From Minisyncoccota bacterium (GTDB lineage: Bacteria > Patescibacteriota > JACMRA01), in assembly GCA_043772945.1 (NCBI GenBank), contig JAYVFR010000021.1, positions 5,900-69,899 on the forward strand: a stretch of 64,000 nt of DNA, written 5' to 3'. The position numbers were made by a program, and so were the translations under genes. Of the stretch, positions 29,575 through 39,825 are shown piece by piece; the stretch's first letter is position 1, and the number at the start of each line of letters is the position of its first letter. Under the pieces are notes generated by a model, which was not told where the DNA came from, did not search any database, and worked only from the letters and a program-made list of their open reading frames with translations.

Positions 29575-30759
29575 TTACAACCTTTGAATATCTAATTGGA
29601 ATTTTTCGGTGCTGAAATCTTTGCTAGAATTTTTGATTTTATCAATCTTCCAGTTGTTAGTTTTATCTAGTTCTTGGAATTTTAAAATCGCGTTTTTGAG
29701 AGAATTTATTGTTTGTTCTTTAAACAAAACTCCATTTTCACCGTTTTTAATGTATTCTAAAGCCCCACCTTCCCCAAAAGCAATTACAGTCACGCCGCTA
29801 GCTAAAACTTCAATTGGTGTGATTCCAAAATCCTCTTTGCCAGGAAATAAAAAAGCACTACAAGTTTCTAATAAATTAAAATACTGCTTCTCGCTAGTTC
29901 GTCCTAGGAATTCTACTAAACCAGCTTTTTCAGGGTTTTTCGAGACATAGTCGTCTACTTGATTTTTTAGATCGTTCATTTGCTCGATCATTCCTGAGAC
30001 TCCGCTAATTTTGAGTTTTATACCGAGTTCAAGACAGGCTCCGATAGCTAAATCAAGGCGTTTATGAAAGCTAATTCTGCCATGGCAAAGAAAGAAAGGC
30101 TCTGTAATACTTATTTTTCTGATTAGCGGCAGAAACTTTTCAAGTTCAATTGGTGGGTAAATGACTACAGAATCAGTGTTATAAATTTGTTTGATTGTTT
30201 GTTGAATGAAAATTGAATTAGCCACCCAAATACACCCAACAGAATTAAGATATCTAGCAGCTTTTTGATCAAGAGGTTTAAGGAAAAACTTAAAAATTGG
30301 AATAAGAATTCTGTACAAGTAAGGTAGGGATTTATGGTCTGCTTCGGTTACTAAGCCATTTAAGTATCTTGTAGGGGAGTGGCAATAATGAATAATTTTA
30401 GGGCAATTACGAAAGCGGACTTGCTTGGCACAATCAGTAGAGGAAATAATTACTAAATCATAATTTTTGATTGTTGTAAGTCTCATCAGAACTGGATAAA
30501 GCCAAAATAAGTGCTTTTGGAATTTGGCTAAAACTCTTTGATTCTTAAATTTTAGGTTATACAAAGTTTGAATAACGGTGTTAAAAACTCTTTTTTCGTC
30601 AAAAGCTTTTTTAATATTAATTGCTGATTGGAATTTCTCAGGTGTGCTAAAGCTGGTATAAACGTCAGCGCTTGGATAAATCTCTAGTAAACTGTCCACC
30701 ACTTTCTCGGCTCCACCATTTTGAAATAAAAAATCATGTACAATTGCAACTCGAGTCAT
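29575..30759 (-). CDS. GT4-family glycosyltransferase
   Basis: MTRVAIVHDFLFQNGGAEKVV start. The C-terminal EDFGITPIEVLASGVTVIAFGEGGALEYI matches the EX7E region. Confidence 0.8.
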   Translation of the reverse strand: MTRVAIVHDFLFQNGGAEKVVDSLLEIYPSADVYTSFSTPEKFQSAINIKKAFDEKRVFNTVIQTLYNLKFKNQRVLAKFQKHLFWLYPVLMRLTTIKNYDLVIISSTDCAKQVRFRNCPKIIHYCHSPTRYLNGLVTEADHKSLPYLYRILIPIFKFFLKPLDQKAARYLNSVGCIWVANSIFIQQTIKQIYNTDSVVIYPPIELEKFLPLIRKISITEPFFLCHGRISFHKRLDLAIGACLELGIKLKISGVSGMIEQMNDLKNQVDDYVSKNPEKAGLVEFLGRTSEKQYFNLLETCSAFLFPGKEDFGITPIEVLASGVTVIAFGEGGALEYIKNGENGVLFKEQTINSLKNAILKFQELDKTNNWKIDKIKNSSKDFSTEKFQLDIQRL

Positions 30760-30862
30760 ATAATTAAACTTATTAGAAACTAAACTCTTGTCAAAAAAAT
30801 TTTCTTTACCAATTAAACCAAAGAGAATTTTAGTCTGTAATCACTGGATTAACAAAAACTAG

Positions 30863-33853
30863 TTATCCGATACTTGGAGCAGTGGTTTGGTTTGTGGCGT
30901 ACTGCTTAGATAATTCATAATTTCTGTATTCAATTTTAGGAAATACTGACTTTCTGGGTGGTCTAGGAAAGGTTGGCGGCATAAAAGAAACTTTTTTGAT
31001 TTCTTCAGCTGATTTTTCTTTGTCTAGCTTTTTCTCACTTGGTTTTTCACTTTCTTTTTGTTTAGTTTTTTCAGCTGATGTTGGTAAGCTTGGAACACCT
31101 TTAAATTTCCGATCTTCTTTTCTTATGTCGGATTTAGTAGATAGTCCAAAATTATCATCTCGTATTTTCTTGAATTCGTCTGGGGATAAAGTTTTTTTAC
31201 CTGAGAGAGATTCTGCTACACTACTGTCTCCTTGGTCATATGCAAATTCAGCATTAGGGTAAATGTAACTCATTACTCCGAGAGCTCTTTTAGAGGCTTG
31301 AATGATATTTTGTCTAGAAACTGCTGTAGTGAAATTTCCTGACTTGGATTCTCTAATTTGTTGATCGTTATTTAAGGCTGTTATAGTTAAGTGAGTATGA
31401 ATTCCAGTACTTGTACCCCCAGAATTACCTTGTACGGCTATTGCAGTACCTGGCAAAACTACATCACCAACTTTAGAAATTGACTCACCGTCAATATGGA
31501 GATAATAATGCAATTCATCATCAAAAGTTTGTACAACTACCATTCCAAGTTCACCTCTATTAGTGCCTTTAAAAGCTGCAATAACGACTCCTGTACTAAT
31601 ACTTGGAATTTTCTGATTTGGTTTGCTGTCATTAATACAATAATCATTTCCTTGGTGCGCTCTACCACGAAAATTATTAGGATCATTGCCTTCCATTACT
31701 GCCTCGCGCAATTCAAATTTTTTTATATTATCTTTTGAAATTAAATTTTTAGAATAGCTTAGCGTGTAAGCGTTTTGCTTACCCATTTTCAATTCATCCC
31801 AATTGAGGTTATCTTTTTTGAGTTCTTTTATTATTTGTTGTTGAATTTGATTTAGTCCTGTTGCTTCATTCGCGTTACTGTCTTGAGTTCTTTCTTTTGA
31901 GGTATCTTTTATTTGTCGTTGATCCAAAAATTCAAATTGAGTTGTTTTTTGTGACACTGTTTTTTCTACTTCTTTTTGCAGAGTGGCCACTTTCTTTTCT
32001 GCTTGTGCAATATCTTCATCAGTTATTCTATCACCCTTAATGAATCCACCAAATGTCTTGGCATTATTCACCCCTACTTCTCTAATTACTTTTTCTGGGT
32101 TTTTTTGAAATTCTTGAATTCTTTCTCCTCCATATCGAAGCATTGCAGTTGTAACATCACGATCTTTTTTCGCCTCTTTACTTATAGGCGCTTGAACAAT
32201 TGATTCTGGTTTTTGGATTACTGTATTAATTTTAGCTTTAAGGTCTTCAGCAGTTAGACCTGTGGCTCCTGATACTTTGAAATACTTTGTACTACGATCA
32301 GTAAGCATATTGGCTACTATTTGTTGTTTATCTCTGCCTGCGTTGGGATTATTTAAGCCACCTGCATCATATATTGGTTTAAAGTTACCAGGCTTAGCTT
32401 CTCCATCAAGGCTTGGATTAAAACTTAGAACGGCGGCTAGATTTGCGATTGCAATTGTATCTTTATCTAACAGCTCTTTGACGGAGATACTGTTGTTTTT
32501 ACCGTTATAATCAGGTAGATTTGTTATTCCGCCTAGACTTTTTTGGATGAAAGCTTTTTGCTCACTTTCTTTACCTTTCAGTTTTTCTAGTTCTGGAATA
32601 ACTTGTGTGTAAATATAGTACAGTCTTTTAACGTAGGCTCTTGCTGCTTCTGGGGATTGGATAAATAGGTCAAAAGCTCTTAAAACTTCAGCAGTTGTGG
32701 GGGTTATATTATATTTTTTAAATTCTTTGGATAATTCTTTTTCAAAAGGTTTGATCCACTGAGTTAAATAAATCTCACTAGCAATTGCGGCAATGCTATG
32801 CTTAATAATTAACTTTCTGGTCTGTTCCGAATTACAGTCATTTACTTGGCTTAAGGGCTCTCCGTATTCTTTTTCAAAATTTTTAACAGAGGCCTGTTGC
32901 TCGTTGGTTATTTTTGATAATCGCTCTGGGGTTAATTGATATGTTTGAACTGAGTAAATTCCAACATTGCAAACATTATTACCAGGGTCTCGATGACCAA
33001 AATAAGCTTGATTGAAAGTTCCACCAAGGTTTAAATTACCCTCTCCAGTTCCCAGTGTTCTGGCTAAGGCTCCTAAATTATCTACCTTATCTCCTACTTT
33101 ATTGACTCCTTTGAGACCCTTTAGGCTGAATCTATCAGGGCTTAAAAGAGCTGGGATTTGGGCTTTCTGATCGTCCGATAAAGCTTTCGTTACTTCCTCA
33201 ATTACTCCCTCACTGGTGTTAAAAAAATCACTCCTTTTACTAAAATCACCAAGGGCAATTAATACAATGACAGTCCCTACGACAGCGGCTCCGTTATTAA
33301 AGTTGACCCAACCAGGGAGGTTGGATATTTGGGGCAAATCGTGATGGTTAGCGTTTTGGATTGATTGATTGATGGCTGTTTGAATTCTATTAAGTTTCTC
33401 TTCATCGCTTTTAATGATTGCATCTTTACGATTTTCAAAACTTTTAATTCTTAATCTAAGTCTTAAATATTGTTGTTTGTGTTTTAAATCGAAATTCTCA
33501 AAACCGTTAGTAATTTGATAGAGAGTACTTTTTACTTCCTCTATTTCTTTTTTTAAAGCATCAAGGCGATTAAGCTTAATTATTGCAGTTTGTACATTTA
33601 GCGGTAGTTGCATTGTGCTATTCCACTGGTTTAAATAAGTAAATAGTCCGTTATTTCCAGCTTTTCTAATTTGCTTGTATTGTTTAGCGTGTACAGGCCA
33701 TTCTAAATAAAAATTATCTAATTTAACCGATATAATCCCGTTATAATCTTTTTTAATACTCCTTTCTAAGCCTTTAAGAGTATTATTGGATCTAATAGAG
33801 TCGTTTTGCAAATCTTTTGTTTGTTTAATTTCTGATTCTACTCGATTTTTCAT
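30863..33853 (-). CDS. large (996 aa) coiled-coil/TM protein with a C-terminal M23 (LytM) peptidase domain
   Basis: One TM helix (AAVVGTVIVLIALG) and long heptad-like stretches. M23 motifs GRAHQGNDY and GNSGGTSTGIHTHLTI lie in the C-terminal third (about residues 735-825), followed by a K/E/P-rich tail. The central roughly 350 aa are unassigned. Confidence 0.75.
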   Translation of the reverse strand: MKNRVESEIKQTKDLQNDSIRSNNTLKGLERSIKKDYNGIISVKLDNFYLEWPVHAKQYKQIRKAGNNGLFTYLNQWNSTMQLPLNVQTAIIKLNRLDALKKEIEEVKSTLYQITNGFENFDLKHKQQYLRLRLRIKSFENRKDAIIKSDEEKLNRIQTAINQSIQNANHHDLPQISNLPGWVNFNNGAAVVGTVIVLIALGDFSKRSDFFNTSEGVIEEVTKALSDDQKAQIPALLSPDRFSLKGLKGVNKVGDKVDNLGALARTLGTGEGNLNLGGTFNQAYFGHRDPGNNVCNVGIYSVQTYQLTPERLSKITNEQQASVKNFEKEYGEPLSQVNDCNSEQTRKLIIKHSIAAIASEIYLTQWIKPFEKELSKEFKKYNITPTTAEVLRAFDLFIQSPEAARAYVKRLYYIYTQVIPELEKLKGKESEQKAFIQKSLGGITNLPDYNGKNNSISVKELLDKDTIAIANLAAVLSFNPSLDGEAKPGNFKPIYDAGGLNNPNAGRDKQQIVANMLTDRSTKYFKVSGATGLTAEDLKAKINTVIQKPESIVQAPISKEAKKDRDVTTAMLRYGGERIQEFQKNPEKVIREVGVNNAKTFGGFIKGDRITDEDIAQAEKKVATLQKEVEKTVSQKTTQFEFLDQRQIKDTSKERTQDSNANEATGLNQIQQQIIKELKKDNLNWDELKMGKQNAYTLSYSKNLISKDNIKKFELREAVMEGNDPNNFRGRAHQGNDYCINDSKPNQKIPSISTGVVIAAFKGTNRGELGMVVVQTFDDELHYYLHIDGESISKVGDVVLPGTAIAVQGNSGGTSTGIHTHLTITALNNDQQIRESKSGNFTTAVSRQNIIQASKRALGVMSYIYPNAEFAYDQGDSSVAESLSGKKTLSPDEFKKIRDDNFGLSTKSDIRKEDRKFKGVPSLPTSAEKTKQKESEKPSEKKLDKEKSAEEIKKVSFMPPTFPRPPRKSVFPKIEYRNYELSKQYATNQTTAPSIG

Positions 33854-33913
33854 TTTAATATATTTATTTTAAAAGCTAACATTATTTTTTCTTTGGTTCT
33901 CCTGTTTCTGTCT

Positions 33914-34429
33914 CTATTTTTTAGGGTTTTTACTATTATTCCCCCTCTCTAGTTGCCCGTTTAATAGCTTTAACTTCTCTTCTTTGTTTGCTGCATCTTT
34001 TATAAATTTTGCAATTTCAGCGTCTCTTCTAGTTACTAATTCACCTGCTTTTTCTAAACGTTCTTTGTCTTTTTCTCTGTCATTTAAGTTTCCTTGCAAT
34101 CCTCCTTGGATTCTTTTCATAATTTCAGGATTACCAGAGGTAGAGATTCCTTGAACATTTTTTTGTCCACAAATTTCTTCAGGATTTACTTTAGTAGGGA
34201 GCCAAAAACTCACTGTCCCATCAAAATTTTCAATTGTATTATAGCCTTTTGCTTTTAACTCTTTAGATTTAGAGCTGTCTTTAGTATATTTACCTGATGT
34301 AGGTGCACAGTTAATAGTAACTGAATTTTTTTCGGAGTTATAGAATTTTGTTGCTAATAAAACTCCTGTTAACGCTAATGCACCAATTGTAGCTTTTAGT
34401 GGTGCTGGCATGTGCTTCATTGAATTCAT
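33914..34429 (-). CDS. hypothetical secreted or membrane-anchored protein
   Basis: N-terminal hydrophobic ATIGALALTGVLLA and a K/E-rich C-terminus. Lies 60 nt upstream of the M23 gene on the same strand. Confidence 0.5.
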   Translation of the reverse strand: MNSMKHMPAPLKATIGALALTGVLLATKFYNSEKNSVTINCAPTSGKYTKDSSKSKELKAKGYNTIENFDGTVSFWLPTKVNPEEICGQKNVQGISTSGNPEIMKRIQGGLQGNLNDREKDKERLEKAGELVTRRDAEIAKFIKDAANKEEKLKLLNGQLERGNNSKNPKK

Positions 34430-34505
34430 ATATTATAAATTGTTTAAAAATGATGTAAGTGTGTCTGTAAGTGAGACAAATTACTTCATAACCAAGCATA
34501 AAAAA

Positions 34506-35792
34506 ATGCTCTTGGCAAGAATAAAAAAGTATGATTTGTGTATTCAGGTAGTCCTTTATAAGAGCTTAGATTTACAGGTGAAAAATAGAATTGGAACTCA
34601 AGTACCCTTTGATAAATTAAGTGGCATGTTTGCTTCGGCTGATTGGTTTTTTTACTTAATGTGTTTTACAACCTGCTTAGAAATAAGTTGGAATGCTTAC
34701 AGTGGACAAACTGGGACAGTAAATGTTGGGGTTTTTTTGGCTATTCTAGTTTTTTCATTTATTGCATATATGTTTGTAGTTTCAAGAGCCGCTCCATATT
34801 TTTTAAGTGAAAATTTAGCAAAGGAAAAAATTAATACTAAAAGTAGCTTCTTTATAGGAGTTAAAATTTCTCTGCCACTTGGAGAAAATACTTTTGATCT
34901 AGGTTTACCAAGCGAATTTGGTGGTTATCTTGGAATATTGTCAATTTTAGCTTATTTCCAGCTTCAGGGTCAATATTTGATGTTGGGAGTAACGCAAAGC
35001 TTACTGATGAGTATACTTCTATTTACAGATAATCTGGTAAATAATTTGTACGCTTGCATCATTCCTTCTAGAACAACTGGGAGAATTGGTGTTTTTTGTA
35101 ATTTGTATTTACAAAGAACTACCACAAGTATAGTATTGTGCATTCACTTTGCCTTAGTGCTGTTTACCTTCCTTGGAAGTTTATCAGTATTTTATCCTCA
35201 TAGAGGATCAGCCACGGTTGGTTTAGAGCTTTTGGGCTGGGCATTTGATGTCATCTCTGACAATCCTACGGTTATTCGTTGGCCTGTTGTGGTTATTACT
35301 TTTGCCAGCCTTCTGACAAATAATATTGCACGTCTTATTGGTGACGCTAATTTATGGCGAGAGATTATCAAAAGGAATGATGGATTTGATATTTCTTTTA
35401 TGCTCCCTTTGTACGCAGTTTCAAATTTTATTCCGGCAATTTTACTTGGAATTCAATTCAACTTCATTCCGACAAATGTTCTTAGCTATTTTATCACTTT
35501 TGTTCTGGTGATAATTACGTTTTATTTAGCTAAATTTTTGGCTAATAAAGTGTTTAAAAACTCCCAATTACTTGCAGTTTTATTTTCAGGAACTCTAGCC
35601 TTTGTAGTCTTAATTAGTATCCCTCAGCTAATTACTGATAGATACAATATTATTGCAACATTGGCTTTTGTTGGTTTAACCTCAATCATTGAGATTGCAG
35701 TTCATGATATGACAGACGATTCTATGGAAATGTTAAACGCACTGAATACTGAGCCACCTGTAATTGATAAGTCAGGAACTAATAATTTCTAG
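34506..35792 (+). CDS. polytopic membrane protein (10 or more TM segments), function unknown
   Basis: Long hydrophobic ORF divergent from 33914-34429. The start is uncertain (the track start at 34410 overlaps the neighbouring gene). Confidence 0.55.
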   Translation: MLLARIKKYDLCIQVVLYKSLDLQVKNRIGTQVPFDKLSGMFASADWFFYLMCFTTCLEISWNAYSGQTGTVNVGVFLAILVFSFIAYMFVVSRAAPYFLSENLAKEKINTKSSFFIGVKISLPLGENTFDLGLPSEFGGYLGILSILAYFQLQGQYLMLGVTQSLLMSILLFTDNLVNNLYACIIPSRTTGRIGVFCNLYLQRTTTSIVLCIHFALVLFTFLGSLSVFYPHRGSATVGLELLGWAFDVISDNPTVIRWPVVVITFASLLTNNIARLIGDANLWREIIKRNDGFDISFMLPLYAVSNFIPAILLGIQFNFIPTNVLSYFITFVLVIITFYLAKFLANKVFKNSQLLAVLFSGTLAFVVLISIPQLITDRYNIIATLAFVGLTSIIEIAVHDMTDDSMEMLNALNTEPPVIDKSGTNNF

Positions 35793-35810
35793 CTATTAAC
35801 TGCCCTTCCT

Positions 35811-35837
35811 CCCTTGTTTAACGAGGGGGATTTTTTT
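35811..35837 (+). terminator. intrinsic terminator (CCCTTG-TTTAA-CGAGGG + GGATTTTTTT)
   Basis: 6-bp stem with one G-U pair, then a T7 run. It abuts the stop of the truncated pheT fragment on the opposite strand. Confidence 0.6.
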
Positions 35838-35842
35838 GTGTT

Positions 35843-36727
35843 TTAAATTTTTTCGGCATCAAAAATATGGCTAGGTTGTCCTATATCCAGCATTAAATAA
35901 TTTGATAAATCAGCAATAGTTCCTGTTAAATTCTTTTTTAAAAGAAACATTCTATTAACGTATTTAATCGGCATAATGTAATTAGAATCAAGTTTTAAAG
36001 AGTATAATTCAAACTCTTTAGCATAATTTAGATTATCTTCTAATTCAAGTTTATAATCTTCACTTACGCCCATTGCATTAAACTCAGCTTCTATATATCT
36101 AGGGTCAAGTAATTTGCGAGCAAGTGGTGTCAGTAAATTATAATTTTCAGCAATTGTAGCAACTTCAAGGGCCATTCCAAGGTGTGATCCTATTCTAGCA
36201 ATCCGATTAGGCAAAATCTTGATATCTAGGATTAAATCAGGTTTGAATAATTCAGGATAGACTTTGGTTATACTTTTGCCTAATTCGCTCTCCTCGCAAT
36301 TTAGCTCCCATAAACCCTCGCTGTAACCTTCTTCTAGTAATAATTCACTTTTGCCACAGCACATTCCAGCACTTTCAACTCCTCTAAGTTTACGAGATGC
36401 AATTTTAAGGTATGGGAGTGTTGTTCCAACCGTTGCTACAGGGACAATCAAATTTTCTCTAATATTGGTCGCAGCACTTACAATTGTTGTGGACGGAATA
36501 ATTCCATTGAAATTAACATCAAAAATGCTTAACTTATCAGCTTCTGGATGTATTCGAATATTTCGAATTTGCCCGACTAAAACACCACCATTAAAAGAAT
36601 CAGTAACAGTAATTAACTCGTCAACCTCGCTTGATTTGTTAGTAATTAAATCACTTAGCTCGCTATTAGTAAGTGTTGATAGGTTAATATATTCGCTGAG
36701 CCAGGATTTGAGAAAAAGCATATACAA
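35843..36727 (-). pseudogene. pheT: phenylalanyl-tRNA synthetase beta subunit, N-terminal 294 aa only (B1, tRNA-binding B2, start of B3_4)
   Basis: MLFLKSWLSEYINL, IHPEADKLSIFDVN and KLRGVESAGMCCG. It ends at ...GQPSHIFDAEKI*, inside the B3_4 domain, whereas full PheT is about 800 aa. Confidence 0.8.
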
Positions 36728-36850
36728 AAATATTTCGCATAAAAGCCCTTAAAAGTCAATACTTGCAAAAACCAAAAAACTGTGTTTGATTAGTGTTTGA
36801 GGTCTCGGTTGGTGGTTAAACTACCAATTCTTTATAACTGAGAAATTAAA

Positions 36851-37093
36851 ATGGTTAATTTTCAACTTTCCACTCGCCCTGTTTCTGAAATGTCGGTTCC
36901 TGAACAAGCTATAGAATACGTAATAATTCGTGAACATTGTTTGAGCCTCCAAAACAGAGAAGTTTTCGTACAAGCAATAATTTCATCTATGAAGAAAGGG
37001 GGTGATAAAGAGTTTATTCTATATGTGGCACAAAAACTTTCTATTCCAGAAGAGCTCGCCAAACGAATCTGTGATTTAGTAGGTTTTCAATAA
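36851..37093 (+). CDS. hypothetical small protein
   Basis: 80-aa ORF followed by a family T2 terminator. Confidence 0.4.
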   Translation: MVNFQLSTRPVSEMSVPEQAIEYVIIREHCLSLQNREVFVQAIISSMKKGGDKEFILYVAQKLSIPEELAKRICDLVGFQ

Positions 37094-37135
37094 GCCTTGT
37101 AACTATTTTTGGTTCTCTTCCCGTACACTTTTCGG

Positions 37136-37168
37136 GTCTTTTGTTTCAAACAAGAGGCTCATTTTTTT
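37136..37168 (+). terminator. intrinsic terminator, family T2 (GTCTTTTGT-TTCAA-ACAAGAGGC-TCATTTTTTT)
   Basis: 9-bp stem with two G-U pairs, then a T-run. A near-identical copy lies at 38674-38707. Confidence 0.65.
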
Positions 37169-37232
37169 GTGGTTTTTAGTTTGGATTCTGGACAAAATTA
37201 TTTTAATAACTTGCTATTAGGAACATAACTAT

Positions 37233-38228
37233 ATGATAGAATTAACTACTAAACAAATTGTCGATTTAAGATCTAAATTAATGAATAATGTTGATGTGTT
37301 GCTAGAAAACATTGTAGCACGTCGTGAAACTAAAAAGAATAAATCAGAAGATATTTTTGGGTTTGATAGTGATGAGGCGCCTTTAATTGTGTGGAAAGGT
37401 AACTTGGCTAATTATACGTCTTTTGATATTTTGCAGATGGAGAAATCAACGCTTGGTGTTTATCTATCAGGAAATCCGCTTGATGAATATAAACCAATTG
37501 AAAATTATTATAGACAGGCTACGGGAGAAGTGGAAACTCTTTTTATTGTAATTGTAGAGAAAATGAAAAAGATTTTTACAAGAAATGGTGGAATGATGCT
37601 TGCACTTACTCTAATTACTCACGGCGGGGAGTACGAGGGGTTGATTTTTCCTAAAAATTCAGCACTTTATACGCCAACTTTGGATGAAAAAGAATTGTAT
37701 TGGGTGATTGGGCGAATTGAAGATAAAACCAAAAAAAAATCAGATTCTAAACAAGACTCAAAAGAAAACTCCAACGATGAAACCAAAGATGACAAAGAAA
37801 ACGAAAGCAGTGAATATCAAGAGAAACCTAAATTGCTAGTTCAACATCTAGCAAAGTTTGAAGTGGGGGTTTTAGAACTATTTAGAACAGATCCTCGTAA
37901 AACTAAAACTGAAGAAGCAATTAGCAGATATTTAAATCTTGATTGGATTGAGCTAAAGAAAAACCCAAAAAAGTTTGAAGAAATGCAGAATATTAAAGCA
38001 GAGCAAATTAATAGCTACACTCCTGAGCATTTACCGAGGATTGAAATAACTCGTAACTTAAATAGAGAATTAGTATCTGAAATTAAGAACGCTTTGAAAA
38101 AAGTCCCGTTTAAAAATTCTCTGGCAGTGGAAATTTTTGTGGAAAATAATTTAGGAGAACTTAAAAAAGCCAAAGGAGATTTCTGGATTGATACCGATTT
38201 GTTTAATAGACTAAATGAGTCTGTCTAA
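37233..38228 (+). pseudogene. dnaE: DNA polymerase III alpha subunit, C-terminal fragment only (OB-fold and C-terminal region)
   Basis: DIFGFDSDEAP...FDILQMEKSTLGVYLSGNPLDEYKP, then an OB-fold-like FTRNGGMMLALTLITHGGEYEGLIFP. This corresponds to about the last quarter of DnaE. No PHP or polymerase core lies upstream. Confidence 0.8.
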
Positions 38229-38336
38229 TCATTTTTGGGTTTTTAATTGACCAAGCTTGAAAACTGTAATTGATTGTTGTTTGTTAGGGCGAATTATTTT
38301 ATTCAAAAAACACGCAAGCTCAAGGAGACAAATCTC

Positions 38337-38615
38337 ATGGGATTATTTAGGGAATCTGGAGTGTTAAAATCTGATGAAAACACTTTCAATTGGCTGGCAC
38401 GAGAAATTGACAAACTTCAAAAAGTATCACGGGCGCAAAACACTTCACCAGTTTTAGAGGCAATAGTGGGGCTGAGAGCTGCTTTGCTTCGAAAGCCTGC
38501 TGCTTTTAAACAAGGAAACGACGTCAAAGCAAGTCAGGAAATTTTAATAGCCTGTCAAAATGCAGAAAGAATTTTCATTGCAAAACTAAACCAATTAGGG
38601 ACTCAGGTTCCTTAA
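38337..38615 (+). CDS. hypothetical small protein
   Basis: AAGGAG lies 8 nt before ATG 38337. Followed by a T2 terminator. Confidence 0.45.
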   Translation: MGLFRESGVLKSDENTFNWLAREIDKLQKVSRAQNTSPVLEAIVGLRAALLRKPAAFKQGNDVKASQEILIACQNAERIFIAKLNQLGTQVP

Positions 38616-38673
38616 ATTTTTAGTTTCAAGTGTTTTTGTTCTTTTGATAAGTTTTATCCTCAAACCTCCTTGG

Positions 38674-38707
38674 GTCTTTTGTTTTAAACAAGAGGCTCAT
38701 TTTTTTT
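38674..38707 (+). terminator. intrinsic terminator, family T2 copy
   Basis: Same stem as 37136-37168, with loop TTTAA instead of TTCAA, then TCA + T-run. Confidence 0.65.
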
Positions 38708-38760
38708 AGTTTAAATCTGCTAGTTGACAGATTTTAATCAAGCTAGTTAGGTATTTTTAT

Positions 38761-38943
38761 ATGTCTAAAATGCGTGGTAAAATTATTTTCAGTGGGAATT
38801 TCCTTGATTATTTAATTAAAAATATATTTATTTCCTTGATTTGTTTATTACTATTTATCCCAACATTAGGTTTGTCATTACTTTATTTTGTTTATTGGCA
38901 GGTCAAATATTTTTTTGCTAATATGGAAATTGAAATTGATTAA
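38761..38943 (+). CDS. hypothetical small membrane protein
   Basis: 60-aa ORF with the TM helix ISLICLLLFIPTLGLSLLYFVYW. Confidence 0.35.
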   Translation: MSKMRGKIIFSGNFLDYLIKNIFISLICLLLFIPTLGLSLLYFVYWQVKYFFANMEIEID

Positions 38944-39026
38944 ACGCCACTCGCTCCTAAAAAATCCAGCTCAAAATAAGCTGGAAGGAGTATTGGTCTC
39001 TAAAATAAGATTAATTTACGTTTCAG

Positions 39027-39758
39027 TTAAGTCTCTTGTTCAATCCATTGACACATATCAGGACTGCGAAGACAATTGTTGATTAAACTTTTTCTATTTT
39101 TAAAATTGTTACTTAGAATCTGTTTTTTTAGATACTCAATATACTGAGTTAAAAAAATCTTGCTTTGAGTCGACAGCAAATTATCAATCTCACTTTTTTT
39201 GTAAGTGGTTAGGTAAAGAAAAAGTTCTTCATCATTAAAACTCTTAATATCCCACCAGTTAGCTAGGGAATAAGCAATTGTTTCATGTCTAAGTGATAAG
39301 TAAATCTGGATTAAAGGATGGCTATCAAAGTAGTTGAAATCCTCTTCTTCAGAAAACAAATAGTCTAAAAAACAATGGATAGATTCATGAATCATGATTT
39401 CTTCTAGAGATTTATTCCCAGTAACCAGCAAAATTCCATTTTGATAATATAAACCACCCAGTTTGTCTTGAAAACTTAGTTTTGCAACTTTGCTGGGAAC
39501 TAATGTAATTGGTATATTAAACCACCAAAAAATATCTAAATCTTTAAAATTACTAGCACTAAAATTTTTAGAGAGAAAGTTACGATTTAATTTTTTAACT
39601 AGTTCTTGCGAGTCTAGATTTTCAGAATGTCTAAATTTGTCTAAACAATATTTTTTGAAACCTTGAACTGAAGCCACCTTTGGTTTATAAATTTTTAAAA
39701 TATATTTAAAAGTTTTTAGAATTTGATTTTCAAGACTTTTACTGATGAAACTTTTCAT
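39027..39758 (-). CDS. hypothetical protein with an HExxH zinc-metallopeptidase-like motif
   Basis: MIHESIHCF. ATG at 39758 is preferred over TTG at 39824. Confidence 0.45.
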   Translation of the reverse strand: MKSFISKSLENQILKTFKYILKIYKPKVASVQGFKKYCLDKFRHSENLDSQELVKKLNRNFLSKNFSASNFKDLDIFWWFNIPITLVPSKVAKLSFQDKLGGLYYQNGILLVTGNKSLEEIMIHESIHCFLDYLFSEEEDFNYFDSHPLIQIYLSLRHETIAYSLANWWDIKSFNDEELFLYLTTYKKSEIDNLLSTQSKIFLTQYIEYLKKQILSNNFKNRKSLINNCLRSPDMCQWIEQET

Positions 39759-39825
39759 TTTTTTTGGCCTTAGATAAAAGAACTTCCAAAGAGGAGTAAA
39801 CCTACATTTTAGCCTTCTAGTCAAG

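Noticed and set aside
37233-38228. Naturally split DnaE joined by a split intein (as in cyanobacteria)
   Set aside because: The fragment starts inside the DnaE HhH/OB region with no intein C-fragment motif (no ...HN followed by C/S/T). No dnaE-N part or intein N-fragment is seen in the window.
38888-39082. 64-aa ORF overlapping the 3' end of 38761-38943 and the convergent gene 39027-39758
   Set aside because: It has no motif support. It overlaps two better-supported ORFs and lies in the convergent terminator region.
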